Source of the DNA: Escherichia phage vB_EcoP_C
Strand: one strand, 5' to 3'
Length of the DNA: 44,970 nucleotides
Sequence record: NC_047807.1
Each line of letters starts with the position of its first letter. The first letter of the stretch is position 1. This document shows, piece after piece, positions 1 through 8,015 of this stretch. The notes under the pieces are model-generated. The model searched no databases, was not told the DNA's origin, and saw only the letters and a list, made by a program, of their open reading frames with translations. A program made the translations under genes and the position numbers.

Positions 1-75
1 TTAAAAAGTCATAATAGTCACCTTATATAGTGTAAGTAAATATCACATAGCCCACACAGGCAGGCTATAGGCTAG

Positions 76-303
76 TTACTTGATGTAATGCCACGTTTCT
101 ATAAATGCATCTTTGTTAATGGCGCATTCCGTGCCGTTAGGTGCAATGTATTCGACTAAACCACCTCTTACACAGAGGTAGTTACCGCCTTCCTTTCTTA
201 GTTTGCGTTTAGCTTTATCGAATAAAAACTCACGGTAAAGGTGATAGGAGCACCAGCTTAAGCCAATAAGAGCAAATGCCATAATGATGCTATCTAAATC
301 CAT
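76..303 (-). CDS. Hypothetical early protein, N-terminal hydrophobic segment (75 aa)
   Basis: ORF track; ATG preceded by TAGGAG Shine-Dalgarno; lies downstream of phage-type promoter at 367-389. Confidence 0.6.
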   Translation of the reverse strand: MDLDSIIMAFALIGLSWCSYHLYREFLFDKAKRKLRKEGGNYLCVRGGLVEYIAPNGTECAINKDAFIETWHYIK

Positions 304-366
304 AGTCTTAACTCCTAGTAAGTGAAAGTTTAATCAGGCGCTACCGTAGCAACGCCTTGTTAAGCC

Positions 367-389
367 TTCTCTTATAGTGTCAGCTAAAT
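367..389 (-). promoter_or_regulatory. SP6-type phage RNAP promoter, variant (minus strand ATTTAGCTGACACTATAAGAGAA)
   Basis: Matches the 11-copy promoter family but has A instead of G at the expected +1 position. Confidence 0.45.
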
Positions 390-497
390 AGTTTGTATGT
401 AGTACCTAGCACTTCCTCACGAATCTGCGCAAATCGTAAGGAACATTTCAGGGTTACACCGTCTGAGAAGATGAAGTTATATTGCCTTTCCATCTTA

Positions 498-827
498 TTA
501 TTCCTCTTCTCCGCCTTCATACCAAACTACATCGCTGTCATTTGGTACATCATTATAAAGAGCTTCATAGATGCGAGCTTGTAGAATCTTGGTTACATCC
601 TTCGTATCAGGAATCAAACCAGCATCTTCAAAATCAACATCAATGCCATCAGCAGCCATCACAGTAAAGATTTCGCTGTAATAAACTGGCACCATGCTAT
701 CTACAACCTCATGCAGTGCATCAGAGTAATCATCATCTTCACGAATCTCATCGTACTTGATGCGCTCGTTGAATGCTTCAACAGTTGCAGCCAGAAGGTT
801 GTAGTAAGCGTTAGCGTTGCGTTCCAT
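498..827 (-). CDS. ocr: Ocr-like anti-restriction DNA-mimic protein (T7 gp0.3 homologue), 109 aa
   Basis: Highly acidic; recalled similarity to T7 Ocr (IRxDDD...VPxYYSxIFxVMAxxGIDxxFEDxGLxPDTKDVxxILQARIYE); GAGGA SD. Confidence 0.8.
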   Translation of the reverse strand: MERNANAYYNLLAATVEAFNERIKYDEIREDDDYSDALHEVVDSMVPVYYSEIFTVMAADGIDVDFEDAGLIPDTKDVTKILQARIYEALYNDVPNDSDVVWYEGGEEE

Positions 828-921
828 GATTTAATCCTCATTAGTTAGTTAGGTTACATTATAGGGCACTCAAAAGAATACCCTAGGTTTAACCTATCCA
901 GACTAAGAAGCGACTACCCAT

Positions 922-934
922 ATTGTTAAAGAGC
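922..934. repeat. Conserved early-region 13-mer ATTGTTAAAGAGC, copy 1 of 4
   Basis: Exact 13-mer recurs at 922, 1184, 1496 and 2255, each in an early intergenic spacer with a flanking imperfect long hairpin. Confidence 0.6.
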
Positions 935-1002
935 GTGGCTTGTGCCTTGATAGGCTGGCTAGTGCCAGCAACTATCTTATAAGATACTATTCACAAGTTT
1001 AT

Positions 1003-1140
1003 CTATTTAGCATTAATTGCAACCACTTTACTATAAAGTTTATCGTGTTTGCTCTTATCTGTGTTAGCTTGCCAAGCGGCATAAGCAACAGCAAGTTTCT
1101 CTTGCAATGCATCATAGCGTTTACGTTGTGCGTTAGTCAT
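1003..1140 (-). CDS. Small hypothetical protein, 45 aa (below ORF-track size cut-off)
   Basis: Hand translation MTNAQRKRYDALQEKLAVAYAAWQANTDKSKHDKLYSKVVAINAK; AAAGGTGA SD 6 nt upstream of ATG. Confidence 0.45.
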   Translation of the reverse strand: MTNAQRKRYDALQEKLAVAYAAWQANTDKSKHDKLYSKVVAINAK

Positions 1141-1183
1141 GATAGTTCACCTTTGTTAGTAAGCCTATCAAGACACAAACCAG

Positions 1184-1196
1184 ATTGTTAAAGAGC
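1184..1196. repeat. Conserved early-region 13-mer ATTGTTAAAGAGC, copy 2
   Basis: Exact repeat; flanked by CCTATCAAGGCAC / GTGTCTTGATAGG complementary arms (13 bp with one G-U) on the transcribed strand. Confidence 0.6.
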
Positions 1197-1239
1197 TAGG
1201 TTAGTGCCTTGATAGGCCAGCTATTAAGCTGGCTTATTG

Positions 1240-1452
1240 CTACAATTCTCCATCATTCAGTGCTTTAAGCCATCTGTAACCAGTGGCCTTACTCACATTA
1301 AGATACATGTTACAGAAGTCCACGAACTCATCATGTGTTGGCTGTTTGTCTGCCTTATAGTGTGCAAGCAGTACAGCCATCTTCTTGATAATCCGCTTCT
1401 CTTGTTTCTCACGTTCCATGCGTAATTCGTGAGCGATGTCGCAGTAGTTCAT
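1240..1452 (-). CDS. Hypothetical small early protein with HTH-like C-terminus (70 aa)
   Basis: ORF track; TAAGGTGA SD; C-terminal segment VSKATGYRWLKAL resembles a helix-turn-helix. Confidence 0.6.
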   Translation of the reverse strand: MNYCDIAHELRMEREKQEKRIIKKMAVLLAHYKADKQPTHDEFVDFCNMYLNVSKATGYRWLKALNDGEL

Positions 1453-1495
1453 AGTTCACCTTAGTAAGTAGTTAGCCTACCAAGGCACTAGCCAG

Positions 1496-1508
1496 ATTGT
1501 TAAAGAGC
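1496..1508. repeat. Conserved early-region 13-mer ATTGTTAAAGAGC, copy 3
   Basis: Exact repeat in intergenic spacer. Confidence 0.6.
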
Positions 1509-1541
1509 GGGATGTTTAAAGACGTCGCCGTCTTGATGCTT

Positions 1542-1570
1542 AATGTAGCCTTGTATGCCGTGGTTGTCAA
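1542..1570 (-). promoter_or_regulatory. Candidate host sigma70 promoter (TTGACA-17 nt-TACATT on minus strand)
   Basis: Perfect -35 hexamer, 17-nt spacer, -10 TACATT; intergenic; same arrangement as candidate at 2420-2448. Confidence 0.35.
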
Positions 1571-1578
1571 TAGTTAAT

Positions 1579-1803
1579 TTAGAGATTTGTCGTGATTACT
1601 TCATCGTAATCATAATCTTCACTACCTAGATACTCAGTAATGACTTGGTTGTCATACTCAGATACTAAGGTAACTCGGTGATATTCAGTGTCGTAATCTA
1701 TCAAATAGTGATACACATCAACACCTACGCCAGCTTGCATCATATCATCGTGGAAGCGAATAGCTTCGCTAGCTGATTCAAAGAATACCTCATGTTGATA
1801 CAT
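1579..1803 (-). CDS. Hypothetical acidic early protein (74 aa)
   Basis: ORF track; ATG overlaps upstream stop (TAATG); rich in D/E/Y. Confidence 0.6.
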   Translation of the reverse strand: MYQHEVFFESASEAIRFHDDMMQAGVGVDVYHYLIDYDTEYHRVTLVSEYDNQVITEYLGSEDYDYDEVITTNL

Positions 1804-1982
1804 TATTTACCCTCCCTCAACTCATCTATCATGTTACGGTATTGATTAACCGTATCGGTCCAACCTTCGTTAAGAAAGCGGTGATACAAGGCTAACTCAT
1901 CATCTGTAAGTAATTCGTTGTTACGAATCATGTAACATAACAGGGTGAAGAGAACGGACAGTTCACGGTTATTTAATGTCAT
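1803..1982 (-). CDS. Hypothetical early protein (about 59 aa)
   Basis: ORF track frame; track start is GTG, first ATG at 1982 has AGAGGG SD. Confidence 0.55.
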   Translation of the reverse strand: MTLNNRELSVLFTLLCYMIRNNELLTDDELALYHRFLNEGWTDTVNQYRNMIDELREGK

Positions 1983-2196
1983 GATTAGCACCCTCTTTAA
2001 GAGTTTTGATAATGCGGTTATATGCTGTACCAGTTATAACTAATTTATTACCCATCTTAAGATCAATATAGTGCAGATACTTAGGCGAATAATCATAGTT
2101 ATCTGGTGTGCGCATCTTACATAAGTCATAACCTTTATCGAGGACGTGCTGAATCTCATCAACTGGCATGTTGTACGCTTTTACTTGTACTTTCAT
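1969..2196 (-). CDS. Hypothetical early protein (about 75 aa)
   Basis: ORF track frame; start moved to ATG at 2196 preceded by GAGGGA SD. Confidence 0.55.
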   Translation of the reverse strand: MKVQVKAYNMPVDEIQHVLDKGYDLCKMRTPDNYDYSPKYLHYIDLKMGNKLVITGTAYNRIIKTLKEGANHDIK

Positions 2197-2254
2197 AGTT
2201 AATCCCTCATTCAATAAGTAATTAACCACGGCATACACAGGTTACACTAAGCAA

Positions 2255-2267
2255 ATTGTTAAAGAGC
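2255..2267. repeat. Conserved early-region 13-mer ATTGTTAAAGAGC, copy 4
   Basis: Exact repeat immediately upstream of the first early gene. Confidence 0.6.
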
Positions 2268-2419
2268 ATTGCGCTAACCTTGGTTTATCGTGGTAGGTTA
2301 TGCTTGCGCCATCTTCCACTATCTAACATTGTTTAACGGCTTCAGTAGCTAGGCCGGATAGTTAAGGACGCTCTCTATCATTCACCCTGAGTGTTTAATG
2401 TCGCTCCCGACTGATTGCT

Positions 2420-2448
2420 AATGTATACCTGTTAACTGCCTATGTCAA
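2420..2448 (-). promoter_or_regulatory. Candidate host sigma70 early promoter (TTGACA-17 nt-TACATT)
   Basis: Consensus -35, 17-nt spacer, -10 TACATT on minus strand in the non-coding region upstream of the early genes. Confidence 0.35.
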
Positions 2449-2675
2449 CACTAAATCGCACTAAGATAGATTATTTATGTGATACCTGTCACAACTGCTA
2501 AGGTAAACCTAGGTTGTCTAACGTGTGAGACTAAGGAAAGCAATAGATACAGAGCTAGGATAGGCTAGGACGGCTAGGTTTCTGGTGTTCCTCCTACTGC
2601 ATCTTATCACTATTACCTACTCTCAGCGGTCTACCGACCGCGACCTAATTGCATCTTATAGCTTTAGCTATGCAA

Positions 2676-3010
2676 TCACTAAGGTCTGGCACTAAGACTA
2701 ACTAAGGTACACTACTAAGTTGATACTAAGCTAAGCACTAAGGCTTTAACTAAGGCAGCCCACTAAGGCTAACCTAAGCCATCCATCAAGGAACAACCTA
2801 AGGTACACGTGAGCGAGTGAACGGAGCGCAAGCGGAGTGAACGAAACGAACAGATAGCCCACACCCTCACACCTTGTCAAACACTCAGGAATTGCCCTAA
2901 AACGGCCTGTGTAAGCCCTAAGCGGTTGCACTAAGGCAATCACCTTGTCCAACACTAAGGCGTGCCCTAGCGCTTCCTAGGCGTTCTACTTGTGCAGCCA
3001 CTAAGAGCAG
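2676..3010. repeat. Array of 12 or more dispersed copies of heptamer CACTAAG(G) in non-coding genome-end region
   Basis: Visible repeats of CACTAAG/ACTAAGG at irregular spacing; by analogy with T7-like short repeats near genome ends. Confidence 0.6.
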
Positions 3011-3204
3011 ACCTCGGCAAACCTCAGCCAACCCGTCGAGCTTCCTGCTGCCGCAGGTTGAAGACGGCCCAGCCTAGCCCAATTCCCAAGCCAACCGCAG
3101 CGCGGCCCCATATGGGGGAAATCCGGCGAGGGCGAGGGCGAGAGAGCTGACACACGCCTACATCAAAATTTTTTTGACTTTGGTTACTTTGTGACCACCT
3201 TTGG

Positions 3205-3360
3205 TTACACTAAGTCGAAACCTTGTGGCTTCTTCATGTAGCACTGGATAGTTCCACCAAGTACCTTCTGGCTGGCTAAGGCCGACTCCTCGGACTCATG
3301 AATCTTCCTGAGTACATTCTTCTGGAATGGACCTACACCATACGTATGAATCCAAATCAT
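3205..3360 (-). CDS. Small hypothetical protein (about 51 aa)
   Basis: Internal ATG of ORF-track frame with strong AAGGAGGT SD; lies in otherwise non-coding region. Confidence 0.3.
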   Translation of the reverse strand: MIWIHTYGVGPFQKNVLRKIHESEESALASQKVLGGTIQCYMKKPQGFDLV

Positions 3361-3430
3361 GTTACCTCCTTTGGAATACACTAAGAGCAGACCTAAGCCT
3401 GCCCTTGTGTACACTAAGATATTAACCTGC

Positions 3431-3580
3431 TTACGCAGAAGATGCAGAAGGTTTCTTCATGGTACGACGTTGAACATCCTTGGCAATGGCATAAGCCTGC
3501 TTAGGGTCACGTCCTGATTGAATAAGTTCTTCTGTGTTCTGGAGTACAGCAGCTTGCTTAACTGATTTTATTAGTGGCAT
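3431..3580 (-). CDS. Small basic hypothetical protein (49 aa) overlapping the 3' end of the endosialidase gene
   Basis: Hand translation MPLIKSVKQAAVLQNTEELIQSGRDPKQAYAIAKDVQRRTMKKPSASSA; GAGGA SD. Confidence 0.3.
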   Translation of the reverse strand: MPLIKSVKQAAVLQNTEELIQSGRDPKQAYAIAKDVQRRTMKKPSASSA

Positions 3581-5993
3581 ACATATCCTCTAACTTGTCT
3601 AAACGATAACGAGTATAAGCAGCCTCCAAGATTAAGATTTCACTATATCTAACACCAAACTGACCTTCTTCGAAGGAGACAATGCCGAAGTCGATTGCAT
3701 CTAACCCTTCGGATGCAAAAGCAGCTACAATGTCTTGTGCCAATACACCAAAGTGAGTGTGGTGCACACCACGAGACATCTCACCAATCAACTTGTACTG
3801 CTTGAAGCTAACCTTACCCCATGCCTTTAGTACACTCTCATCAATACCTTGTGATCCATACTTATGAGTGGCATCAGACGTAATAATAGGGTCACTTGTA
3901 AGATGGATAGTAGTGAATCTATTACGAGGGCCTCCAGCAGGATACACGTTATCATTGTATGGCATGATAGCCCCACTTTTGAACAAGTGCTCATTGGCAT
4001 TATATACTGCGCGTCTAGAAGTACTAGAACCTGCTCCATGTAAGGTAATTTGCGCACCGGTATCTGCTGCTGTACCCTCTCCCCCAGAGATGATAACACG
4101 TTGTGCGGTTGGGTTATCCGTTGGTATAGTCTTACCAATGAACCCATATTCACCTTCCATCAGCATCTCTGAGCGAATATTAGCACTTGTACTTGCCTTC
4201 AGGGTAAGGTGTTCGACAGTCATATCTGCGGCAACTACCTCTCCTGATAAGTGAAGTGGAGCAGGAATAGTACGAATACCATCAGTACCCATGAAGGTAG
4301 GTATAGCCTGACCCGGAGTTGCACCATATGTAAACTTACGAGATACACGATTGTCATTTGCAATCTGCATCTTATAGCAGTATATATCAGTGGGGTGTCC
4401 ATGACCTTTAAATGGGTCTTTATCTTTGTTGTCACCATAAGTCATTGGGTTGAAATGGTTTTCTCCACCAAAGATATAGTAAATGTAGCTGTCTTTAACT
4501 ACTACCGAACCTACACCTACACTAGAGTTCACAATGTCACCCTGATAGATTTGGTCTGTGATGTTAACCCATTCAATGTCATCTGCATTCCACTTGTTTA
4601 CATTCAATCGTGCATAGAAGGTACGAGGATAAGATGCCTTGTAACGATCATCTGGTGCACCTGCTTCCCATTCATTTTCTGCACGTTCTGAACCAAACAT
4701 AATAAGGTCATCTCCTACTTTAGCAAAAGGTAAGGTAGTATGATGAACATTATGTGGAAATCTTAGTGACTCCCAAGTTTGACCTATATCTCTACTACGA
4801 TGCAGAGAGCTTCCTAGTCGATCGCCACGAGTACCACGAGTGATAAGGTACAATACACCGTCATAGTACTTGATGCATGGCTCTGCCGCATCTGGTTCAT
4901 ACTCAGATGGTATCTGACGACGAACATAATTAGATGGGCTATTGAAAGCATCAGGGAAGTAGAAAAGCCCAACTTCTCGTGGAGCTACATCACCTTGATG
5001 ATAGCCCATAACAAAGCCATTGTTATCAATAGTAGCAAAGCTATGCACCTCTGTGACACGAGGGATTAGACCAAGATCTGTCTTACGCCAAGGAGATTTA
5101 TGGAAAGAAGTACCCATGTGCCAACTCTTTCCAGCGTTATTCAAATCTGAAGTCTGCTGGTTAGGTGTAAGAACCGTGAAGTTGTCCTTATCTATTACTG
5201 TTGCAACCTTCATATCACCAGATACACCTGTTACCGCAGAGTTAGAGAAGTTAACAAAATCACCAACGAAGAGTCCGTGATCAGGTACATGGATTGTTGC
5301 ATATCTCTGATTTGCAGCCTTAGTGATACCACCAGTAAGATGCAGACTACGAGACATAGGGCGATCCCACAATGCACAATTGGTTAGTGCGTTCTTGGCT
5401 AAAGTACGTGTTTCAATCATGGCAAACAGACGGTTGCGACATACACCCATACTCATACAATGATAGTTCACTGTAGGGTAATCTGGATGCAGATCAGTTA
5501 ACCACTCTGGAGTAGACCATGTTTGACCATCGTCACCAGACTTAACCCATGATACATGCAGACGACTAACACCATGACGGTCGCTACCCATGTAAGGTGC
5601 ATATATCACGTTCTCATATACAAACGCTTTGTCTTGAGGCCAAGCATTGTAATAAGGGTTATCCGTGATTTTATAGAGTTCACCATTGATAAAACCTTTA
5701 CTCACATAGTAAAGAGGTTGACCTGCTAAACGTTCCCATACGAAGCGGGTGTTATAGAATCGCTCCATATCAGGTAAAGATGATACTTTGTAAGTAGCAC
5801 CAGCACCGTCAATTCTCTTACCTGAAGCCATCGCTGCATTTACTGCATCTTGGTCGTTTGTCTTACCATCACCTTTGGCTCCAAAATCTTTAAGCGATAC
5901 AACCTCGGTGAGCTTGTCATCCAAGTTACGCCAGATTGCACCTGCTATTTTACTCTTGAATTTAACTAATGAAGAACCTAGTCTTTGAATCAT
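3558..5993 (-). CDS. Tailspike endosialidase (K1 capsule depolymerase) with C-terminal intramolecular chaperone domain, 811 aa
   Basis: Recalled similarity to phage endo-N-acetylneuraminidases; C-terminal chaperone-like block (...SDATHKYGSQGIDESVLKAWGKVSF...); strong AAGGAGG SD. Confidence 0.85.
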   Translation of the reverse strand: MIQRLGSSLVKFKSKIAGAIWRNLDDKLTEVVSLKDFGAKGDGKTNDQDAVNAAMASGKRIDGAGATYKVSSLPDMERFYNTRFVWERLAGQPLYYVSKGFINGELYKITDNPYYNAWPQDKAFVYENVIYAPYMGSDRHGVSRLHVSWVKSGDDGQTWSTPEWLTDLHPDYPTVNYHCMSMGVCRNRLFAMIETRTLAKNALTNCALWDRPMSRSLHLTGGITKAANQRYATIHVPDHGLFVGDFVNFSNSAVTGVSGDMKVATVIDKDNFTVLTPNQQTSDLNNAGKSWHMGTSFHKSPWRKTDLGLIPRVTEVHSFATIDNNGFVMGYHQGDVAPREVGLFYFPDAFNSPSNYVRRQIPSEYEPDAAEPCIKYYDGVLYLITRGTRGDRLGSSLHRSRDIGQTWESLRFPHNVHHTTLPFAKVGDDLIMFGSERAENEWEAGAPDDRYKASYPRTFYARLNVNKWNADDIEWVNITDQIYQGDIVNSSVGVGSVVVKDSYIYYIFGGENHFNPMTYGDNKDKDPFKGHGHPTDIYCYKMQIANDNRVSRKFTYGATPGQAIPTFMGTDGIRTIPAPLHLSGEVVAADMTVEHLTLKASTSANIRSEMLMEGEYGFIGKTIPTDNPTAQRVIISGGEGTAADTGAQITLHGAGSSTSRRAVYNANEHLFKSGAIMPYNDNVYPAGGPRNRFTTIHLTSDPIITSDATHKYGSQGIDESVLKAWGKVSFKQYKLIGEMSRGVHHTHFGVLAQDIVAAFASEGLDAIDFGIVSFEEGQFGVRYSEILILEAAYTRYRLDKLEDMYATNKIS

Positions 5994-6060
5994 GTAACCT
6001 CCTTTTCTGAAAGGCTACCATCATGATAACCTTTAAGAAAAGTTGCGCGAAAAGCAGTGC

Positions 6061-6396
6061 TTACGCACTGACAATGTGTTTACCTAGAATGTAAACATCT
6101 ACATCTATGTCTATTTCAACTTGTGCTGTATGGAATACATGTACTTCTAATCTAGTATCTGACACTTTAGTAATCCAAGCTGTACAAAGTGTAGGTGTAC
6201 TTAATGATACAAGTGATGCCCACGAAGAATCTAAATCTCCTGTTGCAGGTACTTCTATCTCAATTTTAGTATCTTCACTTGGGACTACACCTTCAAATGT
6301 AACACGCCTTTTAGATAGTAAATTATCCAATAATGTAGCTAGTACAGTATCTCTATGTAGTAAGCCAGTTGTCTTGGGTTTAGTTAACTTAGCCAT
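6061..6396 (-). CDS. Short tailspike-module protein (111 aa), possible vestigial second tailspike or adaptor
   Basis: ORF-track frame with start moved to ATG at 6396 (AGGAG SD); sits directly downstream of promoter 6475-6497 and upstream of endosialidase. Confidence 0.55.
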   Translation of the reverse strand: MAKLTKPKTTGLLHRDTVLATLLDNLLSKRRVTFEGVVPSEDTKIEIEVPATGDLDSSWASLVSLSTPTLCTAWITKVSDTRLEVHVFHTAQVEIDIDVDVYILGKHIVSA

Positions 6397-6474
6397 ATAC
6401 TCTCCTATTACTTCCCAACCCTCCCTATGAAGATTGGCTAGTAATAGGCCGCTCAAAAGAACGGCACTATCTTA

Positions 6475-6497
6475 TCTCTTCTATAGTGTCAGTAAAT
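6475..6497 (-). promoter_or_regulatory. SP6-type phage RNAP promoter (ATTTACTGACACTATAGAAGAGA)
   Basis: Member of 11-copy promoter family; intergenic between lysis genes and tailspike module. Confidence 0.7.
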
Positions 6498-6526
6498 CGT
6501 AAGACACTGATACATAAAACTATGTA

Positions 6527-6724
6527 TTAATTATACCCGTGTTCTAGCGAGAGAATGTACATACCTAATTTTGTAGCGTCAGGTTTACTGAAGCAGACTT
6601 TATCGTCCACCTCGTAGACTGCCGTAAGCGTCGGCTTCAGAGGCTTCACCTTTGGATTCTCTGGTAACGCCGTCTGACACCCTGAAGTGATCAGCGAACC
6701 AATCAGCAGGATTGTCGCTAGCAT
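6527..6724 (-). CDS. Putative o-spanin (Rz1-like outer-membrane lipoprotein), about 65 aa
   Basis: Internal ATG with GAGG SD; lipoprotein signal MLATILLIGSLITSGC then Pro-rich segment; overlaps the neighbouring membrane-protein frame. Confidence 0.55.
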   Translation of the reverse strand: MLATILLIGSLITSGCQTALPENPKVKPLKPTLTAVYEVDDKVCFSKPDATKLGMYILSLEHGYN

Positions 6725-6821
6725 GATTCGCCTCACTTTGTGCCTCCTTCTCTTCCTTCTTCTTCTTAGCGGCAAGCAGCAGGCCAATAAGACCTGCTAC
6801 CACCTCTAGCACCTTATTCAC
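6600..6821 (-). CDS. Putative i-spanin-like membrane protein (start uncertain, track start is GTG)
   Basis: N-terminal TM segment followed by charged KKKKEEKE region; o-spanin candidate overlaps out of frame. Confidence 0.4.
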   Translation of the reverse strand: MNKVLEVVAGLIGLLLAAKKKKEEKEAQSEANHASDNPADWFADHFRVSDGVTRESKGEASEADAYGSLRGGR

Positions 6822-6963
6822 AGGTGATTACTTGGCATACCACGTCAGTGACGGAACCTTCAGTACCTTCACCTAGGTCTACGCCAAGACCTACAGAAAC
6901 AAGAGCAATCACCAGTGCAACCAGTGCACCTACCACTTTCTTAGACTTAAACAGCTTTTTCAT
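6814..6963 (-). CDS. Small membrane protein (49 aa)
   Basis: Hand translation MKKLFKSKKVVGALVALVIALVSVGLGV...; single hydrophobic helix; in lysis cluster. Confidence 0.4.
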   Translation of the reverse strand: MKKLFKSKKVVGALVALVIALVSVGLGVDLGEGTEGSVTDVVCQVITCE

Positions 6964-7071
6964 TACATCTCCCTTTCCATTGAGCTAATAAGTCCGAGTA
7001 GTTCTTCCAGTCATCATAGTTGCCATCCTCGGCAGCTTGAGCAACCATGCGCTCGCACCATTCAATACATC

Positions 7072-7416
7072 TTACCATCGTGCACATCCCTCTCTTACAT
7101 CAATGTGGGTGAAATTAGGATAAGACCCAATGCCATATTTATTGGGGTAGCGTGCTGTTAGATAGGACCATACACGGTAAGGTGTAATACCTTGTACCTT
7201 AATGTCAGCAGCCTTACCAGTAAGATGCATGGAGTTCTTAGCACCTCCCACATTAGCATTGTGCTTAGCACAGCGGTGTCCAGAAGTAATAACTACAGGA
7301 GCACCAAAGTGCTCACGTACATCTGTGACTACCTGTAGTAACTCAGCATCTACTGTGGATGTACCGCACCCACAACGGCAAGCGAACTCACGGCGCTTGA
7401 AGTGTTTGTTAAGCAT
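7072..7416 (-). CDS. Endolysin, peptidase M15-like zinc peptidoglycan peptidase (about 114 aa)
   Basis: Motif SGHRCxxHNxxxGGxxxSxHxxGxAxDI typical of the M15/VanY-like fold; start moved to ATG at 7416 with GAGG SD. Confidence 0.7.
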   Translation of the reverse strand: MLNKHFKRREFACRCGCGTSTVDAELLQVVTDVREHFGAPVVITSGHRCAKHNANVGGAKNSMHLTGKAADIKVQGITPYRVWSYLTARYPNKYGIGSYPNFTHIDVREGCARW

Positions 7417-7436
7417 TATTGACCTCGTCTTTACAA

Positions 7437-7724
7437 TTAAGCCGCAGGTGTTACAGGGTCCGACTCCATAGTAGTTGCATCCCACTTGTCGGTGGGTTCA
7501 CTCCCACGTGCAATAGCGATGTACAAGGATTGGTTTGTTTTCTCTACAGCAACCATGGCGCCTTTCTGTTTACCAGAGAGGTGTTTAATGTTGATAGGAT
7601 GATCTTTCTTCTTAAGGTCTGCTTCAGCAACAATAGGCAAAGGGATTGCCGTTGCAGTGGTTTGTCCAGTTTTTACTCGAAAAGCCTGACCAGTAACAGT
7701 ACCTGCGGTTCCATATTTAGACAT
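7437..7724 (-). CDS. Hypothetical protein, paralogue B of tandem pair (95 aa)
   Basis: AGGAG SD; shares ...SGKQKGAMV...IAIA...W.A block with the adjacent gene. Confidence 0.6.
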   Translation of the reverse strand: MSKYGTAGTVTGQAFRVKTGQTTATAIPLPIVAEADLKKKDHPINIKHLSGKQKGAMVAVEKTNQSLYIAIARGSEPTDKWDATTMESDPVTPAA

Positions 7725-7736
7725 GTAACTCTCCTC

Positions 7737-8015
7737 TTAAGCTGGGTAAATAGTAGTGACCGCTTTATTAGCTGTCAACCAATTGGAATCTTCTTTGCCA
7801 TCAACTGCGATAGCAATAACCAGGTTATCATGTGTATCAAGACACACCATGGCCCCTTTCTGCTTACCTGATTTGGTGGCATCATTAATAACATCACCTT
7901 TCTTCTCAACAGTGTCCTCGTAAACTACAGGAAGCATCAGGGCTTCACTCACAGGTTGTATCTGCTTACGAGCAGACTTACCTGTAAGGGGTTGTGTACT
8001 ATAACTATTAGACAT
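7737..8015 (-). CDS. Hypothetical protein, paralogue A of tandem pair (about 92 aa)
   Basis: Start moved to ATG at 8015 with AGGAGAG SD; shares SGKQKGAMV...IAIA block with downstream gene. Confidence 0.6.
   Translation of the reverse strand: MSNSYSTQPLTGKSARKQIQPVSEALMLPVVYEDTVEKKGDVINDATKSGKQKGAMVCLDTHDNLVIAIAVDGKEDSNWLTANKAVTTIYPA

Noticed and set aside
2746-2955. 69-aa minus-strand ORF inside the heptamer repeat array
   Set aside because: No Shine-Dalgarno sequence, and the translation is dominated by repeat-derived Leu/Arg/Ala codons; likely non-coding.
2676-3010. Possible CRISPR array suggested by repeated CACTAAG motifs
   Set aside because: Repeats are only 7 nt, irregularly spaced and without uniform spacers; they match the short repeats seen near T7-like genome ends.
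2999-3395. Direct repeat ACTAAGAGCAGACCT at 2999 and 3381 as boundaries of a duplicated terminal repeat
   Set aside because: Similarity extends only about 16 nt and flanking sequences differ, so this is another dispersed short repeat rather than two copies of a long terminal repeat.
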